Under the pieces are notes generated by a model, which made no database searches, had not been told where the DNA came from, and worked only from the letters and a program-made list of their open reading frames with translations. A program made the translations under genes and the position numbers. From Shewanella halifaxensis HAW-EB4 (GTDB lineage Bacteria > Pseudomonadota > Gammaproteobacteria > Enterobacterales > Shewanellaceae), in NCBI RefSeq assembly GCF_000019185.1, contig NC_010334.1:259976-289975 (forward strand): DNA of 30,000 bases, in the 5' to 3' direction. Positions 9,803-17,593 of the stretch are shown here, piece after piece; the first letter of the stretch is position 1, and each line of letters opens with the position of its first letter.

Positions 9803-11356
9803 ATGGATATCGTTGGTAGCAAAACATTAAGATGCATGTGGGAAGAGCGTGCTCGCAAATTCAGTAATAACACAGCGTTGGTTTATGAGGATGCTGCTGG
9901 CGATGTCCAAGAATATACTTATAGTCATCTGAATGCCGAAATAAATAGAGCGGCAAATTTATTCCTTAGCTTAGGAATTAATAAAGGCGATAAAGTGGCT
10001 GTACAGTTATATAACAGTCCACAATTTATTTTCTGCTGGTTTGGATTGGCTAAGATAGGCGCGGTAATCGTGCCTATTAATAACCAATACCTGTTTGCAG
10101 AGTGCCAATACATTATTAATAAGTGTGCCGTTAAAGCTGTTGTTATTGAGGAAGAGTTCCTACCCATCTATACACGCATGAAACAAGAGACGGGTAACTC
10201 AATAAATAATATTCTGGTTACAAGAACGGCCAATCCTGAAATATCGGACTCGATGAACTTCGATACTTTGCTGAGTCAGCAAATCGTTGAATTGGTTCAG
10301 CGCGTGACGATTAGTAGTGACGATGTGGCCGAAATCTTATTTACCTCGGGTACGACATCACGGCCTAAAGGCGTGGAGATCACCCACTGTAACTTGCAGT
10401 TCGCAGGTTATTTTACGGCGTGGCAAACCTGTCTTCGTAGCGATGATATTTATTTGACTATGATGCCAAGCTTTCACATCGATTTTCAATGTAATGCAGC
10501 CATGGCCGCATTTACCGTCGGTGCAAAGCTTGTGATGCTTGAGAAGTACAGTGCCCGCAAGTTCTGGAAACAGATCTGTGACTATAGAGCCACGATTACC
10601 CATAGCATGCCGATGATCGTGCGTACCTTGATGTTACAGCCTGCAACGCCATTTGAACGTGATCATTGCCTGCGTGATATGTTGTTTTTCCTACATATTT
10701 CAGACCAAGAAAAACTGGACTTTGAAACACGTTTTAATGTGCAGCTGTTTAACTCCTATGGCATGACAGAAACCTTAGTCGGACTGATTGGTGATAGTCC
10801 AGCCGAGGAGCGTCACTGGCCGTCAATTGGACGACCAGGGTTAGGTTATGAGGCCAAGATCGCCGATGAGAATGGTCAAGAGCTTGCCCCTAACGTGATT
10901 GGTGATCTCTGGGTTAAAGGTGTGCCCGGTAGAACGATCATGAAGGGCTACTACCAAGATACGAAAGCCACTGAAGAAGTACTCAGTGCCGAGGGTTGGC
11001 TCTACACTGGCGATAAAGCTTACGTAGATGACAATGGCTTATTTTATTTTGTCGATAGAAAGACAAATATGATTAAGCGCTCCGGTGAGAACATCTCCAG
11101 TAGTGAAATAGAAAAAGTTTTAATGTCTCATCCTTATATTCAAGATGCCGCCGTTATTGGTGTTCCAGATTTAATTCGAGATGAAGCCGTTAAAGCATTT
11201 GTCATATTTAATGAGGGTGTGTCTTTAAGTGTCGAACAAATTTTACAGTATTGCGCTGAAAATATGGCGAAGTTTAAAGTTCCATCTTTTGTTGAAATAA
11301 AAAAGTCTTTCCCAAGAACCTGTACCTGCAAAGTACAAAAAAAACTTCTTATGTGA
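9803..11356 (+). CDS. caiC: Crotonobetaine/carnitine-CoA ligase CaiC (adenylate-forming family)
   Basis: 517 aa, the same length as E. coli CaiC. AMP-binding motif ILFTSGTTSRPKG, and MAKFKVPSFVEIKK near the C-terminus. Confidence 0.92.
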   Translation: MDIVGSKTLRCMWEERARKFSNNTALVYEDAAGDVQEYTYSHLNAEINRAANLFLSLGINKGDKVAVQLYNSPQFIFCWFGLAKIGAVIVPINNQYLFAECQYIINKCAVKAVVIEEEFLPIYTRMKQETGNSINNILVTRTANPEISDSMNFDTLLSQQIVELVQRVTISSDDVAEILFTSGTTSRPKGVEITHCNLQFAGYFTAWQTCLRSDDIYLTMMPSFHIDFQCNAAMAAFTVGAKLVMLEKYSARKFWKQICDYRATITHSMPMIVRTLMLQPATPFERDHCLRDMLFFLHISDQEKLDFETRFNVQLFNSYGMTETLVGLIGDSPAEERHWPSIGRPGLGYEAKIADENGQELAPNVIGDLWVKGVPGRTIMKGYYQDTKATEEVLSAEGWLYTGDKAYVDDNGLFYFVDRKTNMIKRSGENISSSEIEKVLMSHPYIQDAAVIGVPDLIRDEAVKAFVIFNEGVSLSVEQILQYCAENMAKFKVPSFVEIKKSFPRTCTCKVQKKLLM

Positions 11357-11418
11357 AGTTAACTTAATTTAGCTTTTTAATAAAAGAGTCTGAAGTGGCT
11401 CTATATTGGAGTATTAGC

Positions 11419-12204
11419 ATGAGTGAATCATTACACGTTACCCGCAATGGCGCTATTTTAGAAATTACTCTTGATAGACCTAAAGCCAACGCGATTGACG
11501 CAAAAACAAGTTTTGAGATGGGTGAGGTCTTCCTCGCTTTCCGTGAAGATCCTGAACTGCGTGTGGCGATTATTACTGGTGCAGGCGAGCGCTTCTTCTC
11601 TGCAGGTTGGGATCTAAAAGCCGCTGCAGAGGGTGAAGCACCTGATGCTGACTTTGGTCCAGGCGGATTTGCGGGTTTAACTGAAATTTTTGACTTAGAT
11701 AAGCCGGTTATCGCTGCGGTAAACGGTTATGCATTCGGTGGTGGTTTTGAGCTAGCGCTTGCGGCCGATATGATTATCTGCTCTGAAAATGCCAGCTTTG
11801 CCCTGCCAGAAGCTAAATTGGGTATCGTACCTGATAGTGGCGGAATGTTGCGTCTACCTAAGTTATTACCACCTGCGATCGTCAACGAACTGATGATGAC
11901 AGGCCGTGGTATGGGCGCCGAAGAAGCCCTACGTTGGGGCGTGGTGAATCGCGTGGTTGAGAGTGACAAGCTGATGGACAGTGCTCGTGAACTGGCTCAG
12001 CAAATTGCTCAAGGTGCGCCATTAGCTATCGCGGCGATCAAAGAGATCTATCGTGAAACTAGCGAGCTATCGGTGGAAGAGGGTTATCGCCATATTCGTG
12101 CTGGTGGTTTGAAAAATTACCCATCGGTACTGCGTTCTGAAGATGCATTAGAAGGTCCATTAGCCTTCTCAGAGAAGCGTGACCCTGTGTGGAAGGGTAG
12201 ATAG
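11419..12204 (+). CDS. caiD: Carnitinyl-CoA dehydratase CaiD (crotonase family)
   Basis: 261 aa from ATG 11419 ([27 protein letters not shown]), almost identical to the E. coli CaiD N-terminus, with GGAG 7 nt upstream. The ORF-track start (GTG 11395) is probably too early. Confidence 0.93.
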   Translation: MSESLHVTRNGAILEITLDRPKANAIDAKTSFEMGEVFLAFREDPELRVAIITGAGERFFSAGWDLKAAAEGEAPDADFGPGGFAGLTEIFDLDKPVIAAVNGYAFGGGFELALAADMIICSENASFALPEAKLGIVPDSGGMLRLPKLLPPAIVNELMMTGRGMGAEEALRWGVVNRVVESDKLMDSARELAQQIAQGAPLAIAAIKEIYRETSELSVEEGYRHIRAGGLKNYPSVLRSEDALEGPLAFSEKRDPVWKGR

Positions 12205-12231
12205 GTTTCAGTGCTATCAATCGAAATAGAG

Positions 12232-12266
12232 CCTGATATTTCCCATGAGATATCGGGTTTTATTTT
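12232..12266 (+). terminator. Rho-independent-type terminator/attenuator after caiD
   Basis: Stem 12232..12242 / 12247..12257 (about 11 bp including two G-U pairs, loop CCAT), followed directly by TTTTATTTT. Confidence 0.55.
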
Positions 12267-12297
12267 AACTGTTTGTCGGTAATGGAAGGATTCACCA

Positions 12298-13149
12298 ATG
12301 GCGTTGAAATTAGAGATGCAAGGGCAAACCTACGGCCCATTCGTTAATGAGTATACCGCTAGAGATGTGATGCTGTTCGCGCTGGGTTGTGGTGCTGGCA
12401 GTGACGGTAAAACTGATCTCGATTATGTGTATGAGAAGCAATTAAAGGTACTGCCTATCTTTGCTGCGACGCAAATTGTCGATGCAGAGGTGACTAAGAC
12501 TATCGATTATGGCTTTAATTGGGGCGGATCTTTGCATTGGGGTTTTGACCTGCATATTCATCAGCCACTGCCTACTAATCCTGGCAAATTGAGCACCAAG
12601 GTGTTGTTGAAGGGGCTGTTCGACCGAGGGGAAGGACGCGGTTGTTTGGCGCAACACATAGGTGAAACCTTCGATGAGACGGGGACTAAACTGTTTACTA
12701 ACGAGAGTTGGGATTGCGCGTTATACGATGGCGGCTTTGGCGGCCCAAAAGCGCCAGCAGATATTGTTGAGATCCCAGAGCGCGCGCCAGATTTCGAAAT
12801 TGAACAAGATATTCCACTAAACCAAGCGCTTATCTACCGACTATCGGGCGATGACCATCCTCAGCATGTGGATTGGGAATATGCGCAAGAGTTTGGTCAC
12901 CCAAAACCGAATCTGCACGGTGTTAGCACTGCAGGTGTGGCCTGTCGTCACATCATTCAGGCGATGTTTCCCGGTGAACCGGAGCGATTAACACGCTTTA
13001 AGACTCGGCTAACTAAATCCTTGTATCCCGGCGCAAGGGTCAAAACCCAAATTTGGAAGTGGGATGATAACTGTGTCCATTTCAGAGTGATGGATGCCAA
13101 CGATCCTGACACTTTTTATCTTAACTTTGGTTTAGTTGAGTGGAAGTAA
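12298..13149 (+). CDS. MaoC-like double hot-dog protein, hydratase-2 ((R)-specific enoyl-CoA hydratase) family
   Basis: 283 aa. The N-terminal YTARDVMLFALGCGAG and the C-terminal YRLSGDDHPQHVD...PNLHG resemble the hydratase-2 domain of MFE-2 (YRLSGDxNPLH motif; the Asp and His are retained, the Asn is replaced by His). GGAAGGA Shine-Dalgarno. Confidence 0.8.
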   Translation: MALKLEMQGQTYGPFVNEYTARDVMLFALGCGAGSDGKTDLDYVYEKQLKVLPIFAATQIVDAEVTKTIDYGFNWGGSLHWGFDLHIHQPLPTNPGKLSTKVLLKGLFDRGEGRGCLAQHIGETFDETGTKLFTNESWDCALYDGGFGGPKAPADIVEIPERAPDFEIEQDIPLNQALIYRLSGDDHPQHVDWEYAQEFGHPKPNLHGVSTAGVACRHIIQAMFPGEPERLTRFKTRLTKSLYPGARVKTQIWKWDDNCVHFRVMDANDPDTFYLNFGLVEWK

Positions 13150-13288
13150 GCCTTTGTAGGAGGCTTTAGCCTCCTATCTAGACGAGAAATAGCATTTATC
13201 AACGTTAGTATTTAGCTGTGACGTCTTAATGTTTGAGGCGCAACAGCTAAGTAGTGAGTCGTGTGATTTATTAAGAGTAAAACAATTT

Positions 13289-13897
13289 ATGCCCTGCTAT
13301 GAATTTGAAGGATTAATTCCTGTTGTCGACCCGAGTGCTTATGTGCACCCAACAGCTGTGCTGATAGGAGATGTCATTGTCGAGGCTGGGGTGTATATCG
13401 GCCCCAATGCTTCACTGCGTGGTGATTATGGACGTTTGATTTTGCAGAGAGGTAGTAATTTGCAAGATGGTTGCATCATGCATGGATACTGCGATATGGA
13501 TACAGTTGTTGAGCCTGATGGTCATATCGGCCACGGTGCCATTTTGCATGGCTGCGTAATAAAGCGTAATGCCCTCGTTGGAATGAATGCGGTGGTGATG
13601 GATGGGGCTGTGATTGGTGAAGATAGCATCGTCGCTGCCATGAGTTTTGTTAAAGCGGGTTTTCAAGGCCTGCCGCAACAGCTGTTGATGGGGCAGCCTG
13701 CAAAAGTGATGCGCCAGGTGAGCGAACAAGATCTGCATTGGAAAGGGCTTAATACGCTGGAGTACCAAGTATTAGCCCAGCGCTCGGCGAAAACAATGCA
13801 GCCTGTTACGCCGTTAACTCAGCAGGAAGTTAACAGGCCCAGATTAAAAGGGGTGACCGAGGTGCAGCCCAAGGCGCAGCAAACACAAGCCGGTTAA
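13289..13897 (+). CDS. caiE: Carnitine operon protein CaiE (left-handed beta-helix / gamma-carbonic-anhydrase-like)
   Basis: From ATG 13289 it reads [31 protein letters not shown], against E. coli Cai[32 protein letters not shown]. Collinear to the C-terminal NRPRLKG. The ORF-track start at 13229 adds 20 unmatched residues. Confidence 0.9.
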   Translation: MPCYEFEGLIPVVDPSAYVHPTAVLIGDVIVEAGVYIGPNASLRGDYGRLILQRGSNLQDGCIMHGYCDMDTVVEPDGHIGHGAILHGCVIKRNALVGMNAVVMDGAVIGEDSIVAAMSFVKAGFQGLPQQLLMGQPAKVMRQVSEQDLHWKGLNTLEYQVLAQRSAKTMQPVTPLTQQEVNRPRLKGVTEVQPKAQQTQAG

Positions 13898-13993
13898 TCA
13901 AAGTTCCAGAGTGAGTCATAGAGGCTCAAGCTTTAAGAGGGAGTGCAACCCAATAACGCTTAAACCGATTAGCACCTCAGGCAGCACGCTTAA

Positions 13994-14019
13994 TAATTGA
14001 AACTATTAATTGAAACTAT
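13994..14019. repeat. Perfect 13-bp tandem direct repeat TAATTGAAACTAT x2
   Basis: 13994..14006 equals 14007..14019 exactly. Lies about 50 nt upstream of the esterase start codon. Confidence 0.8.
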
Positions 14020-14030
14020 AGGCAGCTGAA

Positions 14031-14042
14031 CAACCATGGTTG
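14031..14042. promoter_or_regulatory. Perfect 12-bp palindrome CAACCATGGTTG
   Basis: Read directly. Flanked by GGCAG on both sides and located 29 nt upstream of the esterase ATG. Confidence 0.3.
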
Positions 14043-14070
14043 GCAGACTGCAATTGAGAAGGAAAGCGGT

Positions 14071-15009
14071 ATGCCGTTAGATCCAAAAGTCGCACTGTAT
14101 TTGCAACAAGTGCGTGATTCTGGCGCACAAGCCTATGAAGACATGACCCCCGCAGAGTCTAGACGCCTCGATATGAATGAGCTGACGAAGACGAAAGCCG
14201 ATCGAGTGTTAGAGCCCGTGGCCGCGATAGAGCATAGCTTTATTCCTGGACCCACTGCAGATCTGCCCATTCGGATCTACCGTCCTAAAGGTGACACGAG
14301 TGAGTTACAGCCGGCGATTATCTTTATTCATGGCAGCGGTTGGGTGGTATCGAACATAGAGACCAATGACCATTTTAGCCGTGCCCTCGCTAATCGCACC
14401 GGATCGGTAGTGATCGCGATTAATTATCAAAAGGCACCTGAGCACAAGTTTCCCATCCCAATGGATGACTGCTATGCATCGACATTGTGGATCTTTGAGC
14501 ATGCGACTTTGCTGGGATTAGACTCGAACCGTATCGGCATCTTAGGTGACAGTGCCGGTGGTAATTTAGCAGCGGCGGTGACGCTAAGGCTGCGTGACGA
14601 ACAGGGGCCAAAATTGGCTTACCAAGTACTCGTTTATCCAGCGGTGCAATATGGTTGGCAAACGCCATCGGCTATCGCTCATGCAGAAGGTTATCTATTG
14701 CAACAGGCCAGTATGAAGTATTACTGGGGCCACTACCTGCGTAGCGAAGCCGACGCACAAAATCCCTATTGTTCACCGCTGAATGCCCTGAGCCACAAAG
14801 ATCTGCCGCCAACACTTATCTATACCGCAGAGTTTGATCCATTATGCGATGACGGCTATCTCTATGCCCGAGAATTACAAGGCAGTGGTGTTACAGTCAA
14901 ATACCGCTGTTTTGACGGCGTGATCCATGGGTTTATTAAGATGCTTGGGGTGTTTGATCAGGCCGATGAGTTTCTAGATGAACTTAAGCAAGATCTGTTA
15001 GAGATCTAG
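14071..15009 (+). CDS. Alpha/beta hydrolase, hormone-sensitive-lipase (fold-3) family carboxylesterase
   Basis: 312 aa. Oxyanion-hole motif HGSGW (a variant of HGGG) and nucleophile elbow GDSAGG, with a C-terminal DxL...HGF arrangement typical of the family. AAGGAA Shine-Dalgarno. Confidence 0.85.
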   Translation: MPLDPKVALYLQQVRDSGAQAYEDMTPAESRRLDMNELTKTKADRVLEPVAAIEHSFIPGPTADLPIRIYRPKGDTSELQPAIIFIHGSGWVVSNIETNDHFSRALANRTGSVVIAINYQKAPEHKFPIPMDDCYASTLWIFEHATLLGLDSNRIGILGDSAGGNLAAAVTLRLRDEQGPKLAYQVLVYPAVQYGWQTPSAIAHAEGYLLQQASMKYYWGHYLRSEADAQNPYCSPLNALSHKDLPPTLIYTAEFDPLCDDGYLYARELQGSGVTVKYRCFDGVIHGFIKMLGVFDQADEFLDELKQDLLEI

Positions 15010-15040
15010 GTGTGATTAGTTAAAAACATAACTTGGGAAT

Positions 15041-15072
15041 GCTCACGAAACAAACGGTTTCGTGAGCTTGTT
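15041..15072 (+). terminator. Terminator hairpin after the esterase gene
   Basis: 11-bp perfect stem GCTCACGAAAC / GTTTCGTGAGC (15041..15051 / 15057..15067), followed by TTGTT. Confidence 0.55.
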
Positions 15073-15198
15073 CGAAGAATCATCAACTTGTTCCTCTAGA
15101 AAAATTAATTCGCATCTTATTGTGCTCACAGTTACATTTTTACTCTAAAACCTTGTGCTAGTCTCGTGCATCATGCACTTAAACTATGTATATAAAAT

Positions 15199-16089
15199 AT
15201 GAATAATAACATCCCATTAAGGGCGTTACAGGTTTTTGAATCATGCGCAAGGCTGGAAAGCTGCTCGCTTGCTGCGAATGAGTTATGCATCACTCAGAGC
15301 GCGGTCTCTCAACAGATAAAGCTGCTTGAAGATTACTTCTTAGAAAAGCTATTTCACCGCAATGCGGGCAAAATTACTCTGACTGAATCAGGGCTTGAAC
15401 TTAGGCAAAGATTAGCGCCGGTTTTTTATGATTTAAACAGTGTGTGTGCCAGTTTGGTGCCCGATATGTCTAACGAAGTTCGAGTACATTCTTATAACTC
15501 TTTAGCCGCCCGTTGGTTAGTACCTAAGATGGCTAAGCTGAGAAAAGAGCACCCTGAGTTCAACATCAATGTTGGTATGTTTCAAGATGATGTAGAGATG
15601 AGCGATATGATCGCCGATATCTTTATTATCACCCGCGAATGCCAAGACGGCTATACCATTACTCCGTTAGTCGAAGAGAAGCTGGTGGCTTTTTGTAGCC
15701 CTGAATATTTGCAAAAACACCCAGAGATCTCCTTAAGTACTTTCCATGAGCAGACACTACTTTACTCAAAACACAAAGATTATGGTGTCGATTGGGAAGG
15801 CTGGTTTAGAGATAACAAAGTCGCTGTCGGCCCATTACAGCGAAAAATTATTTTCAACCATAATATGTTGGCAGTTCAGGCAGCAATTTTTGGTCAGGGG
15901 ATCGTGCTAGGCCTAGAGCAAACGCTACAAGTAGAATTAGACTCAGGAAACCTGGTGAAGTTAGATCTCCCCCATTGCTATACAGGCTGGACCTACTCAA
16001 TCGCTTATAAGTCTTCAAGAAAGCGGGACGCCCGTATAACCAAGATTGTCGATTGGATAATTAAAGAATATGCGGGCAGCGTATCTTAG
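15199..16089 (+). CDS. LysR-family transcriptional regulator (GcvA/AmpR-like)
   Basis: 296 aa. N-terminal wHTH LRALQVFESCARLESCSLAANELCITQSAVSQQIKLLE, followed by a LysR substrate-binding domain. Confidence 0.88.
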   Translation: MNNNIPLRALQVFESCARLESCSLAANELCITQSAVSQQIKLLEDYFLEKLFHRNAGKITLTESGLELRQRLAPVFYDLNSVCASLVPDMSNEVRVHSYNSLAARWLVPKMAKLRKEHPEFNINVGMFQDDVEMSDMIADIFIITRECQDGYTITPLVEEKLVAFCSPEYLQKHPEISLSTFHEQTLLYSKHKDYGVDWEGWFRDNKVAVGPLQRKIIFNHNMLAVQAAIFGQGIVLGLEQTLQVELDSGNLVKLDLPHCYTGWTYSIAYKSSRKRDARITKIVDWIIKEYAGSVS

Positions 16090-16214
16090 CCGCAATTGTT
16101 ATTTATCTGATTAAAGCTGTATCAGTACTAATCGAGAAGCTGAGGGAGAAGGTTTACTCGTGATTGGGGAAACTGTGGAAGAGAGTTAAATATTGCATTG
16201 TTTAGAGTGATTTA

Positions 16215-16245
16215 GTGGCCACTAAAGTTAGTGGCCACAGTTTTT
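16215..16245. terminator. Palindromic hairpin GTGGCCACT-AAAGTT-AGTGGCCAC plus T-run (copy 1)
   Basis: 9-bp GC-rich stem followed by AGTTTTT on the plus strand. It lies between the convergent lysR (+) and dsbI (-) genes. The T-run favours termination of plus-strand transcripts, and an A-run precedes the hairpin on the minus-strand reading. Confidence 0.55.
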
Positions 16246-16268
16246 AATAACGTATGGTTGATTAGTCG

Positions 16269-16904
16269 TTACTTCTTAAGCGGAAGAAGCTTCTTCAGTG
16301 AGCGAACCCAACCAAAGGTCAACGGCGCCAAACAGACCATAAATACGGTATAAGCGATTATGCAGTAATGTGCCATATTCATGCCCAGTAGAGTCCAATC
16401 GTCTTCACCACAGCCGCCCGTTGGAGCAAACTCAAATGGTAGCCACTCATCAAGTGGTAGGTTGAGTGGGAAGCGTGGATCGGTTGAACAAGCTGAGCCA
16501 GCAGCATCGCCTGCAGCAGCAAAGAAGTCCATCGTCTCATCGACTACCATGTGCGCCGCATCATGGATCTTCATTAACTCAACAGACCACATCCAGCCCT
16601 GAATGACTGCGTACCACGCCAGTAATAAACCTAAGAACTTGAGTATGTGATTTCTCGGATCGATCAGAATGATCAGACCCGCAAGCACGATACAGCACTG
16701 GCTAAAGCGAATGTAAACACATAGCTCACAGGGATCCATCGCCAAGAACAGTTGGAAATAGAAGATGGCCGACAGAATAAGAAATAGTGCTCCTCCAACC
16801 ATCACTAACCAGATGGGCCGATGGTCTTGCATATGGGTTAAGCTGTCGGCAGGGGTGGCCTTAAACTGCCCCCAGAACTCTTTCAATCGTTGCTGCAATG
16901 ACAT
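16269..16904 (-). CDS. dsbI: DsbB-family disulfide oxidoreductase DsbI (membrane partner of DsbL), copy 1
   Basis: 211 aa with four predicted TM stretches. First periplasmic loop CELC (CxxC) and a second loop Cys pair (GSAC...GGCGEDDW), as in DsbB. Sits in the assT-dsbL-dsbI order known from uropathogenic E. coli. Confidence 0.85.
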   Translation of the reverse strand: MSLQQRLKEFWGQFKATPADSLTHMQDHRPIWLVMVGGALFLILSAIFYFQLFLAMDPCELCVYIRFSQCCIVLAGLIILIDPRNHILKFLGLLLAWYAVIQGWMWSVELMKIHDAAHMVVDETMDFFAAAGDAAGSACSTDPRFPLNLPLDEWLPFEFAPTGGCGEDDWTLLGMNMAHYCIIAYTVFMVCLAPLTFGWVRSLKKLLPLKK

Positions 16905-16913
16905 AATAATCCC

Positions 16914-17525
16914 TTACTTAGCAGACAGTTCAGCGATAAGCTCTTTGAGCATATCCATCGAACGGATTGATTTGGTGTTGATCAGGTATTTACCGTTAAC
17001 GGTAATCGCAGGCACACCTTGGATCTTTGCAACTTCAACCCCTTTATCCCATTTGGTCATTAGCTGTTTTACTTTTGGATCTTGAGCATGAGTATCAAAC
17101 TCGGCGCGGCTCATGCCTAATGTATCGAGGGTAAATGCAATGGTAGAATCGGCATCTTTAAATTTGACCTTCTTGACGTGGTACTGGTCGTAGTACTTGT
17201 CCTTTAATTGCTTGAATGTCTTCTCGCCTTTGATCTCTTTAGCGATGGCCAATGCCGTTGATTTCTCTACGCCAAAAGGTGGTTTACTGGTGATATGGTA
17301 CTGATCCAAAGTGCTGCCAGCAGGCATTAACTTATCGTTAGGAATACCTGCTTTTTCATACTTGTAGCAGAAAGGACAGTTAATCGAGTAGATCTTCACT
17401 ACTTGGTTCGGGGCATTAAATTGAGCCACTTCTGGCAATACTTGGTATTCAACTCCCTCTGTTGCTGCATGGGCACCAAATGATAGAAATAGAGTTGCTG
17501 CGATGGCGGAAAGTGTTTTTTTCAT
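16914..17525 (-). CDS. dsbL: Periplasmic thiol:disulfide oxidoreductase DsbL (DsbA paralogue), copy 1
   Basis: 203 aa. Signal peptide MKKTLSAIAATLFLSFGAHA. Thioredoxin-fold active site CPFC, the motif I recall for DsbL (DsbA has CPHC). Conserved cis-Pro region GVPAITVNGKY. Confidence 0.85.
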   Translation of the reverse strand: MKKTLSAIAATLFLSFGAHAATEGVEYQVLPEVAQFNAPNQVVKIYSINCPFCYKYEKAGIPNDKLMPAGSTLDQYHITSKPPFGVEKSTALAIAKEIKGEKTFKQLKDKYYDQYHVKKVKFKDADSTIAFTLDTLGMSRAEFDTHAQDPKVKQLMTKWDKGVEVAKIQGVPAITVNGKYLINTKSIRSMDMLKELIAELSAK

Positions 17526-17560
17526 GAGTGAGTTCCATTAAAAATAGGGTTAACAGCTGT

Positions 17561-17582
17561 CAGCGCCTTTTAAAAGGCGCTG
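17561..17582 (-). other. Perfect 22-bp palindrome CAGCGCCTTTT/AAAAGGCGCTG between assT1 and dsbL1
   Basis: Read directly, starting 11 nt after the assT1 stop. No immediate T-run on the minus strand, so likely an intercistronic attenuator or stabiliser. It lies just outside the duplicated segment. Confidence 0.5.
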
Positions 17583-17593
17583 CCATTGGTTTA

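Larger units (their letters stand above)
16215..17526 (-). repeat. Copy 1 of the ~1.31 kb direct repeat (terminator hairpin + dsbI + dsbL)
   Basis: Aligns position for position with 21090..22401 (offset 4875) with no indels and about 18 substitutions by manual comparison. Confidence 0.95.

Noticed and set aside
11395-11418. Upstream alternative starts offered by the ORF track for caiD (GTG 11395), caiE (13229), ompR (29056) and fixC (GTG 2769)
   Set aside because: In each case, homology to the E. coli protein N-terminus and a better-placed ribosome-binding site favour the downstream ATG (11419, 13289, 29011 and 2760).
13157-13176. A hairpin TAGGAGGC-TTTA-GCCTCCTA directly after the hydratase-2 gene stop, which could be a terminator
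   Set aside because: It is an 8-bp stem with no following T-run, and caiE follows on the same strand. I could not support a terminator call. It may be a minor RNA structure.
16381-17085. Antisense ORFs inside dsbI/dsbL (16381..16602, 16765..17085), their duplicates (21256..21477, 21640..21960), and similar shadow ORFs elsewhere (209..427, 665..850, 2501..2698, 3213..3413, 3973..4203, 6548..7141, 7651..8161, 8739..8960, 9551..9754, 9925..10603, 11140..11331, 11727..11969, 12442..12657, 13412..13768, 14305..14668, 18859..19225, 20330..20885, 24138..24899, 25505..25738, 27821..28236)
   Set aside because: All lie wholly within, and opposite to or out of frame with, well-supported genes that have clear homologues. 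Their translations are low-complexity (Ser/Pro/Arg- or Ile/Leu-rich) with no recognisable motifs. The duplicated ones recur only because the underlying cassette is duplicated.
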